A stretch of DNA of 64,000 nucleotides from positions 1-64,000 of the forward strand of contig RBZT01000672.1 of NCBI GenBank assembly GCA_003693705.1, in the 5' to 3' direction. Positions within the stretch are counted from its first letter, which is position 1, and the number at the start of each line of letters is the position of its first letter. The DNA comes from Polymyxa betae A26-41 (lineage: Eukaryota; Protista; Endomyxa: Phytomyxea). The position numbers were made by a program, and so were the translations under genes. Under the pieces are notes generated by a model. It was not told the origin of the DNA and did no database searches. It was given only the letters and a program-made list of their open reading frames with translations. Shown piece by piece: positions 12,405-25,300 of this stretch.

Positions 12405-13857
12405 ATGGCTTTAGAGGAGATTCGCCAGAAGTCTATTTTTAGGTCCGATCGCACTATTTCTGCAGTCGCTCTGAAATGTTCAAAAGAGAGGCAGCGCAGC
12501 GCAACGGCTCGCTTTCACCATGATTTCCGACTCGTCCAAGAGCGATGTCCTTATCATCTGTACTGGTGGCACGATCGGTATGTTTGAGAATGACGATGGT
12601 GCCTTAGAGCCGCGCCCAGGAGCGTTCACGGCTATGCTGCCTCATGTGTTCGCTTTCAATCAGTCGAGGCTGCCGAAGTATGATGTGATGGAGTGGGAAC
12701 CCTTGATTGATAGTTCCAATATGCGACCACAATTGTGGAAGGTTTCCGTCCTCTCTCGTATTCACTATCGAGGTGCCTGATTTTCCTGTCCAGTTGCTGA
12801 TTAAGCAAATTCGTGACAATTATGACCAGTACAGCGGATTCCTGATATTGATGGGAACCGACACCATGAGCTATACAGGTTGGTTTTGTATGATGATATT
12901 CGTGCTCGCCATATAATGTTGTCTTGACAGCGTCTTGTGTCTCCTTTGCATTCCAGAATCTCGCTAAACCAAGTATGTCGCTATTAACTTGCTATAATCG
13001 CCCCTTTCCAATCTATTGGCCACAGTAATCTTCACTGGATCTCAGATACCTGTCCATCGTGCGTATACCGATGCAAGAAGGCATCTAACTATAGGACTTC
13101 TTGCAGCTGGTAATCTCTGTATTCCAGAAGTCTGTATGTCGACCCATAATCAACATCATGCTGGTTTTCAGCTGTTTTGTTAGGCCTGCTATTCGGTGAG
13201 AAACTTTTCCGAGGGAATCGAACGAAAAAGAAGGATAATTGGGGTGCGTCTGCTTTTGAATCCCCGAATTGTGCTCCTCTTGCTACGTTCGGCGTCAATG
13301 TTCATCTTAGCGATCATATGCGAACCATGCCGAGGAATCCACTTCGCGTGTTCGACGAAATTTTTTCCAATATCATGGTGGTGTGGTTGGTCCCTGGATT
13401 TGACGATACGATGCTCTCGCGGTTGGCCCCAAAAGATGATGGCGAAGAAATCGGCATTGTATTGGTTTTATATGGTGCCGGCAACGCTCCTAGCCACTCG
13501 AATCGTTCATTTATCCAGGCTTTGGTTGATCTCAAAGCAAATCGGGCTGAAACTGTAGTAGCCTCACAATGTGAGTTTGCCTTATGCTTAGAAATCGGAT
13601 CTTAATCTTACATTTCGAGTTTAGGTAGGAAAGGCAGTATCAATTTGTCGTCATACGCTACTGGAAAGCAGATGTTGGATTTGGAGCTGATTAATGGTCG
13701 TGATATGACCATTGAGGCATGCGTCACAAAGCTATCGTTCCTGATGGGACGAGGTTTCCGTGGTCAGAAACTGAAAACATTAATGGAGACAGATCTTAGA
13801 GGCGAGCTGACTCCAAATTCTGGTCATGTACCGTATGGTGAAATGCGATGGGAATAA
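12405..13857 (+). CDS. L-asparaginase type I (no ankyrin tail)
   Basis: Catalytic motifs TGGTIGM, IDSSNM, GTDTM, TGSQIP, RGNR, YGAGN and DMTIEACVTKL across about 7 exons. Confidence 0.93.
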
Positions 13858-14024
13858 ATTCCTAACTGATTGTTTAATGGGCGGCTTAAGTCGACATATT
13901 TTTACAGTGCACAAGGAGGACAGCCATAGATTAAATGTATACTTGAAGAATTTGGGAATAACCTGGTTTTTTTGCTGCGATTGTTTCCTCATTAGCCCCA
14001 AACACACGCAACGCTGTTTTTATT

Positions 14025-17000
14025 CTAAATTTTATGCAATCTGCAGTAATTCCCATATTTGGATTTGTTCTTGCAACGCGTCCCATTTTTAGTTTGGCCT
14101 TGGCACCTACTATCTGTTTCATTGCGATCACATGGTACATTCGATTCAGGTCCGCTTTCCGAGATCTCGATGCCAACAGATTTCACTTCGGCGACCGTTT
14201 CAACTTGAATGTCATCAACATTCACTTGAACGGCCGATTCTACTTGAATATCATCAGATTTCACTTGAGCGGCCGTTTCAACAGATTTCACTTGAGCGAC
14301 CGTGTCGACTTGAATGTCATCAGATTTCACTTCATCAACTAGAACATCATCAGATTTCATTTGAGCAACCGTGTCGACTTGAATATCATCAGATTTCACT
14401 TGGGCGACAGTATCGAGTTGAATGTCGTCAGGAGCACATTTCTGGTCCACGTCCTCAACAAAATTGAGATCTACAAAGAGAATAGGTGCAAATAAACATG
14501 CGATATTTAATCAACGTACCGACGGCATTAGCCTGCAGTGCACTTAAATCAATAATAGAACCGTCAGCCTGGACGGCTACAGCATTCAGATTCGCATTGA
14601 TTGTCAAACCTTGAAAATCAACCTTGTCTGCAACCGTTTGTGAAGGCCCCCTAAAATCTTAATTTGAATCGAACGAAATTGCGAACCAATCCCAACTCAC
14701 CTCTCAGCATTGTTGCAAGGAAATCCGGTGCTTTTTAAACCACCAGGATTCAATTTAGGATATGTGATGTGATCAACAGGGGGCTCTGAGGGCAAAGAAC
14801 TCGCTGCAGTGCCGATGCAAGAGAAATCACATTTCGTGTCCTCTGCACGAGGTAAATTCAACAATGGATTCATATGGCGTAGTAGAAAAGAGTCTGCATA
14901 CCAATGTTGGAAATTACTTCCGGAAGTGAACATGGATCAGCAACTGGGACAGCAGTATCTTCAACAGCGATATCGTCGTGCACAGGTGCCTCACTGCCCA
15001 ACATTTAAACAACAGAGCACAGTGTAATCATCTCAACGCACATCTGTTCAAGCTTGCAAGAATATTCAGTGTGGACGCCTCCTTCTGCGTCATTCTCAGT
15101 ATGAGCTTCTTCTGGAATTTCGGTTGAAACTGTTGATCGGATATTAACTAGGAGTGCCAAAAACAGGAAAATTTCAAACCTGCATCGTTCAAATCAATTT
15201 CGTTCCTCGGGTCGGTTGCAGTAGCATCATCGCCATGATTCTGGTCCTCTGCATGAGACACATTTACAAACTGAGTCTTAACGAATGAGAAAGGCTATCA
15301 ACTCCGCTTACCAGCGTCCATAAGTGCATCAGAGCGGTCAATTAAATCAGCATCTGGGACATCGACAACATTGTCATTCTCTTTGCCCACAGAATTGTCA
15401 TTAGTAATGTCATTTTGATTTTTTTCATTTGCAATTTCGTTTCTACAGCTTGTTTCAAAATCCTACCAGCAGTCTAACCACTTCACAAACCTTTCTTCAT
15501 TGATGAAGGCAGATTCGGTATGGATGGTCTTGGATACGCCAAGGTCAGTGTGAATATGTTCTTTGATTGCAGTTATGCAGGTGTCAGGAGCTGTAAGTCA
15601 GATATCAATTAATGCCATCAAAGAAGACAATGTCCAACTTGTTGTAAGAACTCCAGGCTCGATAGGATCAGCAGACTCAACTATGTAGTTAGAGCTTGAT
15701 GCAATCTCGATATCCACACAATTCTGATCTTCCACATTATCTGGAACTAAAAAAGCTTAAAACAGCGTAAGCGAAAAACGATCAAAGTCAACATACCGGC
15801 AGCCACAGCTGCATCAGAATGGATAATCAAATCAGCAGCTGGAACAACGATATCATTGAAATCCTCATTGACCAAAATGTCTCCATCTTCAATTTTGTCG
15901 GCCATTGCAGTGAGCGTACTAGAATTATGGGTTAGAATTCAGGAAGAGTTGCAGAATTTCAGCATCACCGCTCATCATTCTCGCAAGGATGTCTATTGTG
16001 GATGATTTCTGTAGTGTTAAGCTCCATATGGGTCTCACATTGCATTTCAGTTCGATCTGTATCAGGTACTGAACAGACACCATTAGTCAGCATCGTTGAA
16101 CAATATTATCGCAAACCTGCTGAGTCCGTAACAGACTCGTTTGCTGAATCTTCGACACAATCCATCGGCTTGACCAAGGACACGGGATCTGCTGCATTAC
16201 TGTTATCCACAGATTGAGGGTCCTCAGTACCAGAAGCAACTAAACGATGAGTTTGGTGAATATACGAAATGGGACCAAAGCTACCAAAATCTGCATACCA
16301 GCAGGAAGAACCGGATCAGATTCAATGTTCGAATCCGTTTCAGCAACGACGGCGTCATTGACATTCCCATTGATCACAGTATCATCATTGTCCAACTTGT
16401 TGGCGACATCCGGAATCATCACACTACGATTTCAGTGAATACCAGAAAATTGACCAGTTCATGACACTCACATCTCATTATTGCAAGCAGATTCAGACTG
16501 GAGCACTTCGAAGGTGTTAAGCTCAGTGCCGGTCTCCTCTTGTACTTCAATTTCAGGCACTGTAGACCAACGATCAAATATGAGCGACAAACCAAAGAGG
16601 ATTTCAACCTGACGATTCAGATTGGTTGGCTGAAACTTCGACTTGATCAACGGGCGTGGATTTGCAGGTGGAATCCGTCGGTGCATGGACATCAACAAAC
16701 GGGTGATCGTTGGCATTGTTTAGCTCTAGAAATACGTTGATTACTGAAGGAAAAAGAAATGCGAAAATCTGCATACCAAGGTCCACAGCCGATCCAGAAT
16801 GAGTAGCTGAATCAGGAATGACAACGACAACATCGATCGCAGCCTCATTGACCACAGAATCTTCATTCTCAATCTTGTTAGCGGCACTTGTTATGGCCAA
16901 ACTACAGTCTGTAATTAAAGCGCCATGGGACCAGTTTAAGAATTTCAACTGACCTCTCTCCATTGCAAGATGCTTCAGTACGGATGATTTCTGTAGTTTG

Positions 17001-18590
17001 AATTTCAGCAGGAGAGCCTTCTTCTTGGATTTCTGTTAAGCATACGCCACTATTGGAGCCTAAAAGTCACACATGAACTCGCAGAGTTAAGAATTGCAAA
17101 CAAACAGAACCTTTAGACTGTTGCGTGAGCTCGGAAAGACGACTCGCGGCCGTTGAATTAGTTGAAGTAAAGTCCTGAAGAAGTTGTCGACGAGGCGTAT
17201 GCTGAAGTCTTCGCTTAAGCGACTTCCGCACGGACGTTGGCAGGCGATTTGGAGACAAAAGAACTCGAACATTGTGCTTCGAAGGAGTTCGAGGTGCTGC
17301 CGATTTCAAAGCGATAGGAGAACCGGTCTGGGCGGCGTCTTTATCATCCGGCTTCGAGACCGGCTCTTCATGAACAATCGGAGCAATTTCAACATCAAAT
17401 AGTTGAGATGGAATGATTTCTTCCAATTGGTCCTGGGACTCAGCGAGAACCTCTTCGTTAAGAAGGTTCTTTTTACGAATTGAAGGCGAGGCCTCCACTT
17501 TTAACGAGGTCCGCTTCATGGCAGCTCGAGCAGATGACCGGACAGAGAACAGCTTCTTGGTCTTCCCAATTACAGGTGACAGATAGCTTGGCGTTTTTTG
17601 CTCGTGAGCCTAAAACGTTTTGGAAAAGGTCGAATTACTCGTTTGTCATTCTACCTTCGGCGTGTCTGGGACGATGGGAGTGCTCTCAGCCGGCACAGCA
17701 CCATCCTGGGCAGCGCTTAGAACTTTGGATTGACGAAGCGACGACCGGGGCGTCCTCTTGGACATCTTCGGTGCCCGAGCAGACGAAGGGATATCGGATT
17801 TCCGTTTCTTCTTGGTTCCTGGAGTGAAACAGGAATTATTCTCATCGGGCTTGTCTTTTGCGATTGTTTCGACAGTTCGATCTGAAGGATTCTGATCGAT
17901 AGGCTGGTTTTCAATGTTTTCCAAATTCTCTATCCTGTTCTCGATCGCATCAGAAAGCTCCTTTGGATGCGATTCTTTGTCAAGACAGGGAATGTTATTG
18001 GATGCGAGAGATTGCTGCGATTGTGCAGTTAGATCTGTCAGTGCAGCTGGATTCAGCAAACGTTTTCTGATATTAGCAAGTGAGAAAGTTTCAGCAATTT
18101 CAGGGCCTGAAATGAACAGCTGTTTAGCATGCAGATTGCTGATAGGTGATCACATACAATATTCAAGTCTAAACCAATTGTTGCCGATAGTGAACACATT
18201 ATTATGTCCAACAAACGAATTGTCGTGGATCTCTTTCCCATTTAAGTAGGTTTTTGTGGATGCATTCAGGTTTTTTAACCAAATCAGACCGTCGTCGTCT
18301 ACCGTCAATAAAGCATGCCTGTCCGAAACGTTCGTTTTCTGAATGCGAACTTCGCAGCTTGTGTTTCTAGTAATCATTAAGGTTGTAACAATACAGATTC
18401 AGCGGGATTCGTACCTACCGAATGTCACTTTTCTCTTATTAATCACATATTTGAATCCTGCATCCAGAGCTCAGAACATGAAGGTCACTTGATGAGGAAA
18501 TCACTAACCATCAGTGCCCTCAGGCAATATGATATAGATAAGGCTGGCAAGAGTGGACAGATTAGCTTTGGATTCTTGGGCTTCCTTCAT
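14025..18590 (-). CDS. Large FHA-domain protein with repetitive disordered body and C-terminal CCCH finger (Ki-67-like architecture)
   Basis: N-terminal FHA (TFGRNTSCEVRIQKTNVSDRHA...TYLNG...FTIGNNWFRLE), then a basic S/T-P-rich region, many short acidic exons, 13-aa repeats and RCQGQTKNGTRCKNKSKYGNYCRLH. Continuity inferred from splice signals. Confidence 0.7.
14176..14430 (-). repeat. Coding minisatellite, ~39-bp unit (13 aa QVKSDDIQVDTVA), about 6 degenerate copies
   Basis: Repeated agatttcacttgagc...cttgaat.tcatc units visible directly. Confidence 0.92.
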
Positions 18591-18686
18591 TTGAATCGCC
18601 AATTTTCGGGGTAAAATCCAGGGCAGCGACCGTCGTCAAGATTGCAGCAGGTCAATCGGCAAATCGAACGAAGGATTTATCGAGGA

Positions 18687-18703
18687 AAAATTGCGCGCCA
18701 AAA
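18687..18703 (-). promoter_or_regulatory. E2F-like site TTTTGGCGCGCAATTTT upstream of the FHA gene
   Basis: Matches the TTTSSCGC consensus about 100 nt upstream of ATG 18590. Confidence 0.45.
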
Positions 18704-18891
18704 TACAGCTTCACAGAGTTGAAAATATCACGATTCATCTCTGTAAAATAAAGAGCCCTTGAGGCACCGCGAGCTATTTAACCAGCGTACAGTTTGTGTG
18801 GCGTTGGATAAACTCCAAATTCACTGAGCTTTCTAAGAAATCCTATCTTTTATATGAAAGTAAAGCATTGTTAAAACATTCGCTGTAGGTT

Positions 18892-20023
18892 TTAGCTGGA
18901 CTCAGAAAAACGCTCGTTCGAGACTTTGGATTGCTTGATCTCACGGTCTAGATACCTGTGAAATTGCTGAATTATATCCTGCTTCCTAAACAAGCATACA
19001 AAATTGTTACATTTTCGGCAACATATCAAATGGGGACCATTGCCGTTTCAGTTTCTCGACATCGTCGGCCGTTTGGTATTTTCCAGAGTCGTGATAAGAG
19101 CGACATTTCAAAGTGCCGATTGTGTCGAAGAACACAATTTGGGCAATTCTTCGCCCAACCACCAGTGGGATTGAATAGTTCCTAGAATTGTTGGTGATCT
19201 CCATCGTCCATCTATTTACATATCCAATATCGCCCCAACCTATATACCGTCATTACTTGAAGCGAAGCAAAAACAAGCGGTAAGAATAACATACCAGCAC
19301 ATTTGCAAACTTCAATGAAGTTTCTTCCCATACTGCTTCGGGCCTTCATCATGGTCGTTACCGAACCACGTCCTCCAATAAACTCTATCCGAGGTTAAAC
19401 ATCAGCAACTTTAACTAAGATGCGATTTACCATTGGTATGGCCCAGAATTGTTTCTCCAGGACGAATCCAGATGATCTGGTCATCGGGGGAGATGTTCTC
19501 TAATTGCATACCTGTTCGTCGCATCCAAAGCCCTAACATATTAAAAGCATAAGTGTGAAATCCGGCGACTGCCAGAACGTACCAGCTGCTTCAGCAGTTT
19601 GAAGCTGTTGAGCGCTCCAAACTCGGTCTACCATAGATTTGCTGTTTTACGATTAGAGATTGTCATTTCAGAAATCGATGCATTCGACCTATAGGGATTA
19701 TAAATACCATCGCCTGGCTCTGGCACCGCCTCTCTGAAATAATATTGTCCTATTACATTAATAAGGTAGGCGCTCAATAACTACAATCGTTCTAACCCAG
19801 TGTGACATCATAAGAGCTAGTCGATAGATTTTCCATAACGAAGGGCTCAATTACTACAGTGCCGGCATCCATATTGCTCAGAATCGCCTTTTTCGCAGCA
19901 ATGAGCAATGGAGCGCTCACAGAGCGGGATAATTACAGCATCAGAAAGCAGCGATTTGGCAATGATTTGTGGTTCCTGCTGACAGCCCTCTGGCTCTTGC
20001 TGCCTCTGAGATTCGTCATCCAT
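18892..20023 (-). CDS. dcd: dCTP deaminase (trimeric dUTPase superfamily)
   Basis: Spliced: LLSD, SYDVTL, IRPGETILGHT.EFIG, KARSSMGR, AGWGDIGY..RWTMEI, RIAQIVF, GKYQ. Confidence 0.88.
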
Positions 20024-20441
20024 GATTGTCAATAAGAGAATGATTGTGAGCGCAACCTCTCCATCCGTGAACCCTCTTCTCCTCCTTCAAATCAATCTGC
20101 CTTTTTCAAGTGATATCATCGCTCGCTTGCAAGTACTATCAAACTGTACTTGTGCTCTGCTTCGTGAAGACCTGTGGATGTTTTCTGCCTCGTGAAGATT
20201 GCATATCTTGGATTTTATTGCAATATGCGCTCAGCAACGACATGAATGTCGGCCGATATTGAATCATGAATTCATAGAATAATGCTCGTCAGAAAGGTAT
20301 TACACGATAACTACCCAATCCGAAACAAAGTAGTGATGCCGGAGTCGGTCATAAGGAGACGATATGTTCAAATTCAAATAGCGTGCGACAACATTCAACT
20401 TTATTTCATTAGTTAAATCGTCGTGCTCAATTCTCAATATA

Positions 20442-21279
20442 ATGGCTGAGAAACCATCGCTTCCATCATCTTATCATCTGCCTGAAGTATGGTCGGAACC
20501 TGAGCAGAAACAGTTCACTATGTTTGGAAACAGTCCAACAGCTGGACCTCGACAGCAGTTAGACCTGCCTCGAGGGCATCATCCATTGCAGCTGTATTCG
20601 TTAGGCACTCCAAACGGCCAGAAAATCACTATTTGTAAGAATCGCTATAGAAATTGGTATTCGCTAACTTCTCGAAGTGCTGGAAGAACTCGGCCTATCA
20701 TTTGATGCCTGGAAAGTCGATATAAGGGCCGGCGATCAGTTCACTTCTGGATTCTGCAATGTCAATCCCAATAGTAAAATTCCAGCCATGATGGATTATT
20801 CGCAATCGCCGCCATTGCGAATCTTCGAATCCGGCTCGATTCTGCTCTATCTGGCTGAGAACAACAAGAAGCTGATTCCGACCGATCCTGCCAAGCGTGT
20901 CGAATGCATGAACTGGCTGTTCTGGCAGATGGGTACTGCCCCATTTCTCGGTGGCGGATTTGGACATTTCTACCATTACGCCCCAATTCGTATCGAATAT
21001 GCCATCAATCGATTCGCTATGGAAACCAAGCGTATCATCAGCGTTCTCGATATGCATCTCAATGGCAAAGAGTATGTCTGTGGTGATGAATATTCCATTG
21101 CTGATATCGCGATCTATCCCTGGATTAAATGTTTGCAGACGGGATATAACGCGACTAAGTTCTTAGGTCTAGACGAGTATAAAAACGTCAACCGATGGGC
21201 CGAGAAACTGACAAAGCGAGACGCCGTCCAGCGCGGAATGAACTTCCAATACGAACGCTCGATTAAAGATAAGGCTTAA
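20442..21279 (+). CDS. Glutathione S-transferase, Nu class (YghU/YfcG-type disulfide reductase)
   Basis: N-extension with PTAG...LPRGHHPLQLYSLGTPNGQK, then NPNSKIP, FESGSIL, WLFWQMG, GGGFGHFY; one intron. Confidence 0.93.
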
Positions 21280-21334
21280 AAATGCTAATTTCATGAGTAA
21301 ACAATTTGATGCCTAAAACAGTTGATTTTTTTTT

Positions 21335-22291
21335 TCATTGGAGCAGGTGAGGATAGAATGTGTCCCAGAATTCTGACCGGATCAGATCGTCGTGAATGAT
21401 TCGTGGCTGTTTCAGACGCGCCGGCTGGTTCGCCTCGAACCTTAATACAATCGATCCCTTACGGAACATGGCTGGTTCGTTATTGTAATTGACACCAAAC
21501 CGACTGAACAGAATATCGTTCTTATCACCCGAATCGGTTCCTAAATGGCATCGAGCTCTCAGTGAAAGGGCATGATAATGACGACCTGGTCTTACCCATC
21601 AAGGTATGTTCGGCTTCTGTATTTGTTTGGTTCCCTTGTTGAATCAATGCCCAGAAAGTCGTGTTATACAAGTTGTTGATATGGCAATCAGCTTGCCTCC
21701 ATCGAAAATAGTCCTGATTCCCAGAAATTTCAAACGACTCCGACTTACACTAGATCAGATTCACCTTCAGGTTCTCATCGCTTGGATACAGAACGATTCG
21801 ACCATCGAAGGTTGGGACGGATTTTAAAGGTTGGCCAGCAAAGTGTTCGGGCCATTTTATCACATAGCTACAGAATTAGGACACGAAAGAGCATTTCCAG
21901 TTTTAACAAACCTGGACGAGAAAATTGAAACGATTGTAGAAAGGATTTTGGACGAACGCCTTTGATAAAAAGATGACTTCCGGTCAATGACAAACGAGTA
22001 TTCATCAGAATGGCCGTAAGCCAGTACAACGTCTTGAAAATCGCTCATGACTTGTACAGCACATGCATTCATCAGATTTAAACCACGAATGTCATTCGGT
22101 TTGGTAAATGCATGATCAGTAGAAAATCTGTTCGCACCAACCTGACGTATCAGACAATGTCTGTCATGACGAATTATAGGTCATCACCTATGGAACGATC
22201 TACCGTCAATTCGAACCACAATCCATGCATTCTTCAACAGTGAATCGACTTGCTCGAAGTTGCGAACATATTCGAACCGTGATTTGGCCAT
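21335..22291 (-). CDS. THG1: tRNA(His) guanylyltransferase
   Basis: [56 protein letters not shown]. Confidence 0.96.
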
Positions 22292-22347
22292 CGAAAACAG
22301 AGATGACTCGAAAACAGTCAGAAAATTGCGCGTGAACCATGGACAAT

Positions 22348-25300
22348 TTATATTGACAATTCACATTTAATCTGGGAGCCTAGAGTTTGTAAACCGTCTA
22401 CTGACGGATCCGATGCTCTTCTTGAGATCGACGCCGGCGCTTTCTTATTAGTTAATGTTGTTGAAACTAGATCGGACTCGCTAAATTGCTGCCGCTCTAA
22501 GCTGTCTGACAAGGATCGACCTCGTACATCTGACACCAATCTGTTTGTTTTTGTCGTCAATTTGGTTAACTGACAAAAAGCGTTTTCGCACCTTCTGTTT
22601 TCCATCACCCATCGACTCATGATTAGACGGGCCTGCCGATATCCCAACATTCTGATTTCCTCGTATTTGTGATAATCAAGCAACAGCACAGATCCCAATT
22701 CAGGACGAATGTATACATCCATTAGCTAAACGTCTGTCAGAAAGATAATTAAGTAGTAAAAAAGCAGACCTTGTCATTGAGGAAGCCTCGAACGTTTCGT
22801 GAATTATTGATATAACTCAATGCTAGAACAATATCAGCAAATTTGGGAACTTTTGGGTGATTCCCCCAAGGATATAGGAAGCGTGCGATCTGATTTGTTG
22901 TCATTCAGTATTGTAGATGATAAAACTTCAGAGCATCTAACCTTTAACCATAGCAGCCACCAACCAGATAATGCAACGCCGAAATCGTGAATTCCTCTGA
23001 ACGCAGACGCCTTGTTTTCTACATCGACGGCAATTAAAATATCTGGATTGAATCGGTCTCTCATGATATCGACAGGAAGATTATCGACGTAACCGCCACT
23101 ATAAGCATTGTCATATAATTAACTGAAAATTAAAGATGATTCTCAAATCGACTTACTCAATCAATACGGCGCCATCGACATACATTGGAGGAAGATATTC
23201 TATAACCGTCATACTGGAGCGAATAGCTGTCCATAGAAGACCTAGCATTGTGCGCTTTAAAATTGGATTCGCGATATTAGCAGCATTTGAGCACCTTCCG
23301 TATGGATTTTTATGTCTGATTCGGTGAGATTGGTGGTCACACAAAAATATGGAATCTAACACAGATGAGAATCGAAGAATTCGAACAGTTGCAATGTCCT
23401 ATACCCATAAGTCCTAAGAAAGTTTTAGGCCATGACATAACGATGCAAATATCGTACCTCAATTCTGGTATCACCGAAATACTCATAAATGGCAGCACTG
23501 AACTAAGCAAAAATTAGCAGCAGATAAGAATCGCGAGGTAGATTGCGCAGCTTGCCTTGTATCCAGAAAAGTAGGACATTATCGGAAATGTTGCATCCTT
23601 GAGTAGCTCCATCACCGAGCCCATTTGAGCAGCAAATTGTTTAACCTTACAGAATTACTATGGATACGACAGTTCCGATTGCTATGACATACCTGTTCTT
23701 CCATTGCTAGCTGCCCGTGCATGGCAAAGAGACCTGCCATAAAAGCGCCCTGAGAAGTTCCACCGATCATATCGACTGGAACTTGTAATTCATGTAAAGC
23801 CTAAAACAAATTAGGTGAACAGATACATGAGATTTGAGGCGGACCTGCATTGTTCCCATATGCGATAATCCACGAGCTCCACCACCGCCTAGGACAACAC
23901 TAACAGCACGACCTGATAAACATCGTGCCAAGCGTCCATAATCAGCAGTAGAGTTCTTTCGAACATGGTGAAATGCATTCAGCGTGCGACCTTCAAACCA
24001 GAACCTGGTTCCTTTCGGTCTAATTCCAACTTAGCATCAGCCGAGACAAGAAAGTACATTTCAATACAGTTTGACGTCATCGTTGTGAAGCAGAACAAGA
24101 TCTCGGTTGGCTATATTATGGTCTGTAGTTTGCCATAGTAAAACCGTTTCGCGATCACAGATAATTGGTGACGATGCCGCATCTCCGACAATCAATATTT
24201 TATCAGCCTGGCGAACAAAACAGCGAGCCCATGTAGTTGAGAGCGAATCGGGAAGTGAAAATATGAGAACTTCATGGGTTTCCTCCAAATCATTTAAAGC
24301 ATGTGTGATTCGAGACTGGTACAATCCTATCCTGGAACATCAGCGTGGTTCAGCAAAACAACCGATAGATTACTTTCTTCAGAATCTGAGCCACATGGGT
24401 GCTCAATATGACCGTCTTCCGATGCCTTCTCAAAAATAATTTCGCGATTAACGTGAATAGCAGACCTGCAGTAATATCAGGACATTATGTCCCAGTCAAG
24501 AGACAATCGCATACTAACCCATAAAATTTTAGCGCGTTGGCTAATCGCTCTACGAAATGATTGACTGGCACATCGGGCCCTGTCGGAATCACCTAACAAG
24601 CATCAGGTCACCTGCCTTCTGATAAGATCATTTTTTCACCGCGATCGTAGAGATCTTAGATAACGGAGCAGTATGTGATGCAGGCTTCGTACCGAGTTCT
24701 CTTAGGCGCCTTGCTGGAAAACATTTAATGAAAAAAAAAAACAAATTTAGGATCACATACCAATAATGGAAGAGAATCGCTGAAGACAGAAAGGATACTG
24801 AACCTGAATATCCATAAACGATTGCCGAGAGACTCGAACTATTTCACAATCACGAACAGATATGCAACTCGAGCCTAGCCAACCATTAAATCGCGCATGG
24901 CAAGACGCCCAAAACCCTACTATGATGATGGTCGCCTGATAGCAACGACAGCTCTCCTACAGACTCACCACGAGACGCTTCAAGCAGCGTCTTGGTAACC
25001 CCATCCGGCCTACGTGAAAAAACACGCAGACGACCGCTTACAAGAATGTAGCACTCGTCTGCGCGGTCTCCTGTTTTAAAGAGCAGTTTACCAGCAGGGA
25101 CCCTTTCAAGTGTAAGTTCATCAAAACGTACGCGAATGCTATTCAGGTACCAGCATCTTTCAAAAGCAAGTTCTTCAAACTGACGCAGCACAGGACAAAT
25201 AAGATCTTCACAAATTAGCATCACCAGTTTGACAATGGTAGGGTCCGGATGATTGCTAGAAGACCAGCTTAGAAGGGTGAACATAGATGAGATCACGTAC

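Noticed and set aside
14176-14430. Repeat array as a CRISPR array
   Set aside because: Units are contiguous, in frame and lack unique spacers; no cas genes; eukaryotic context.
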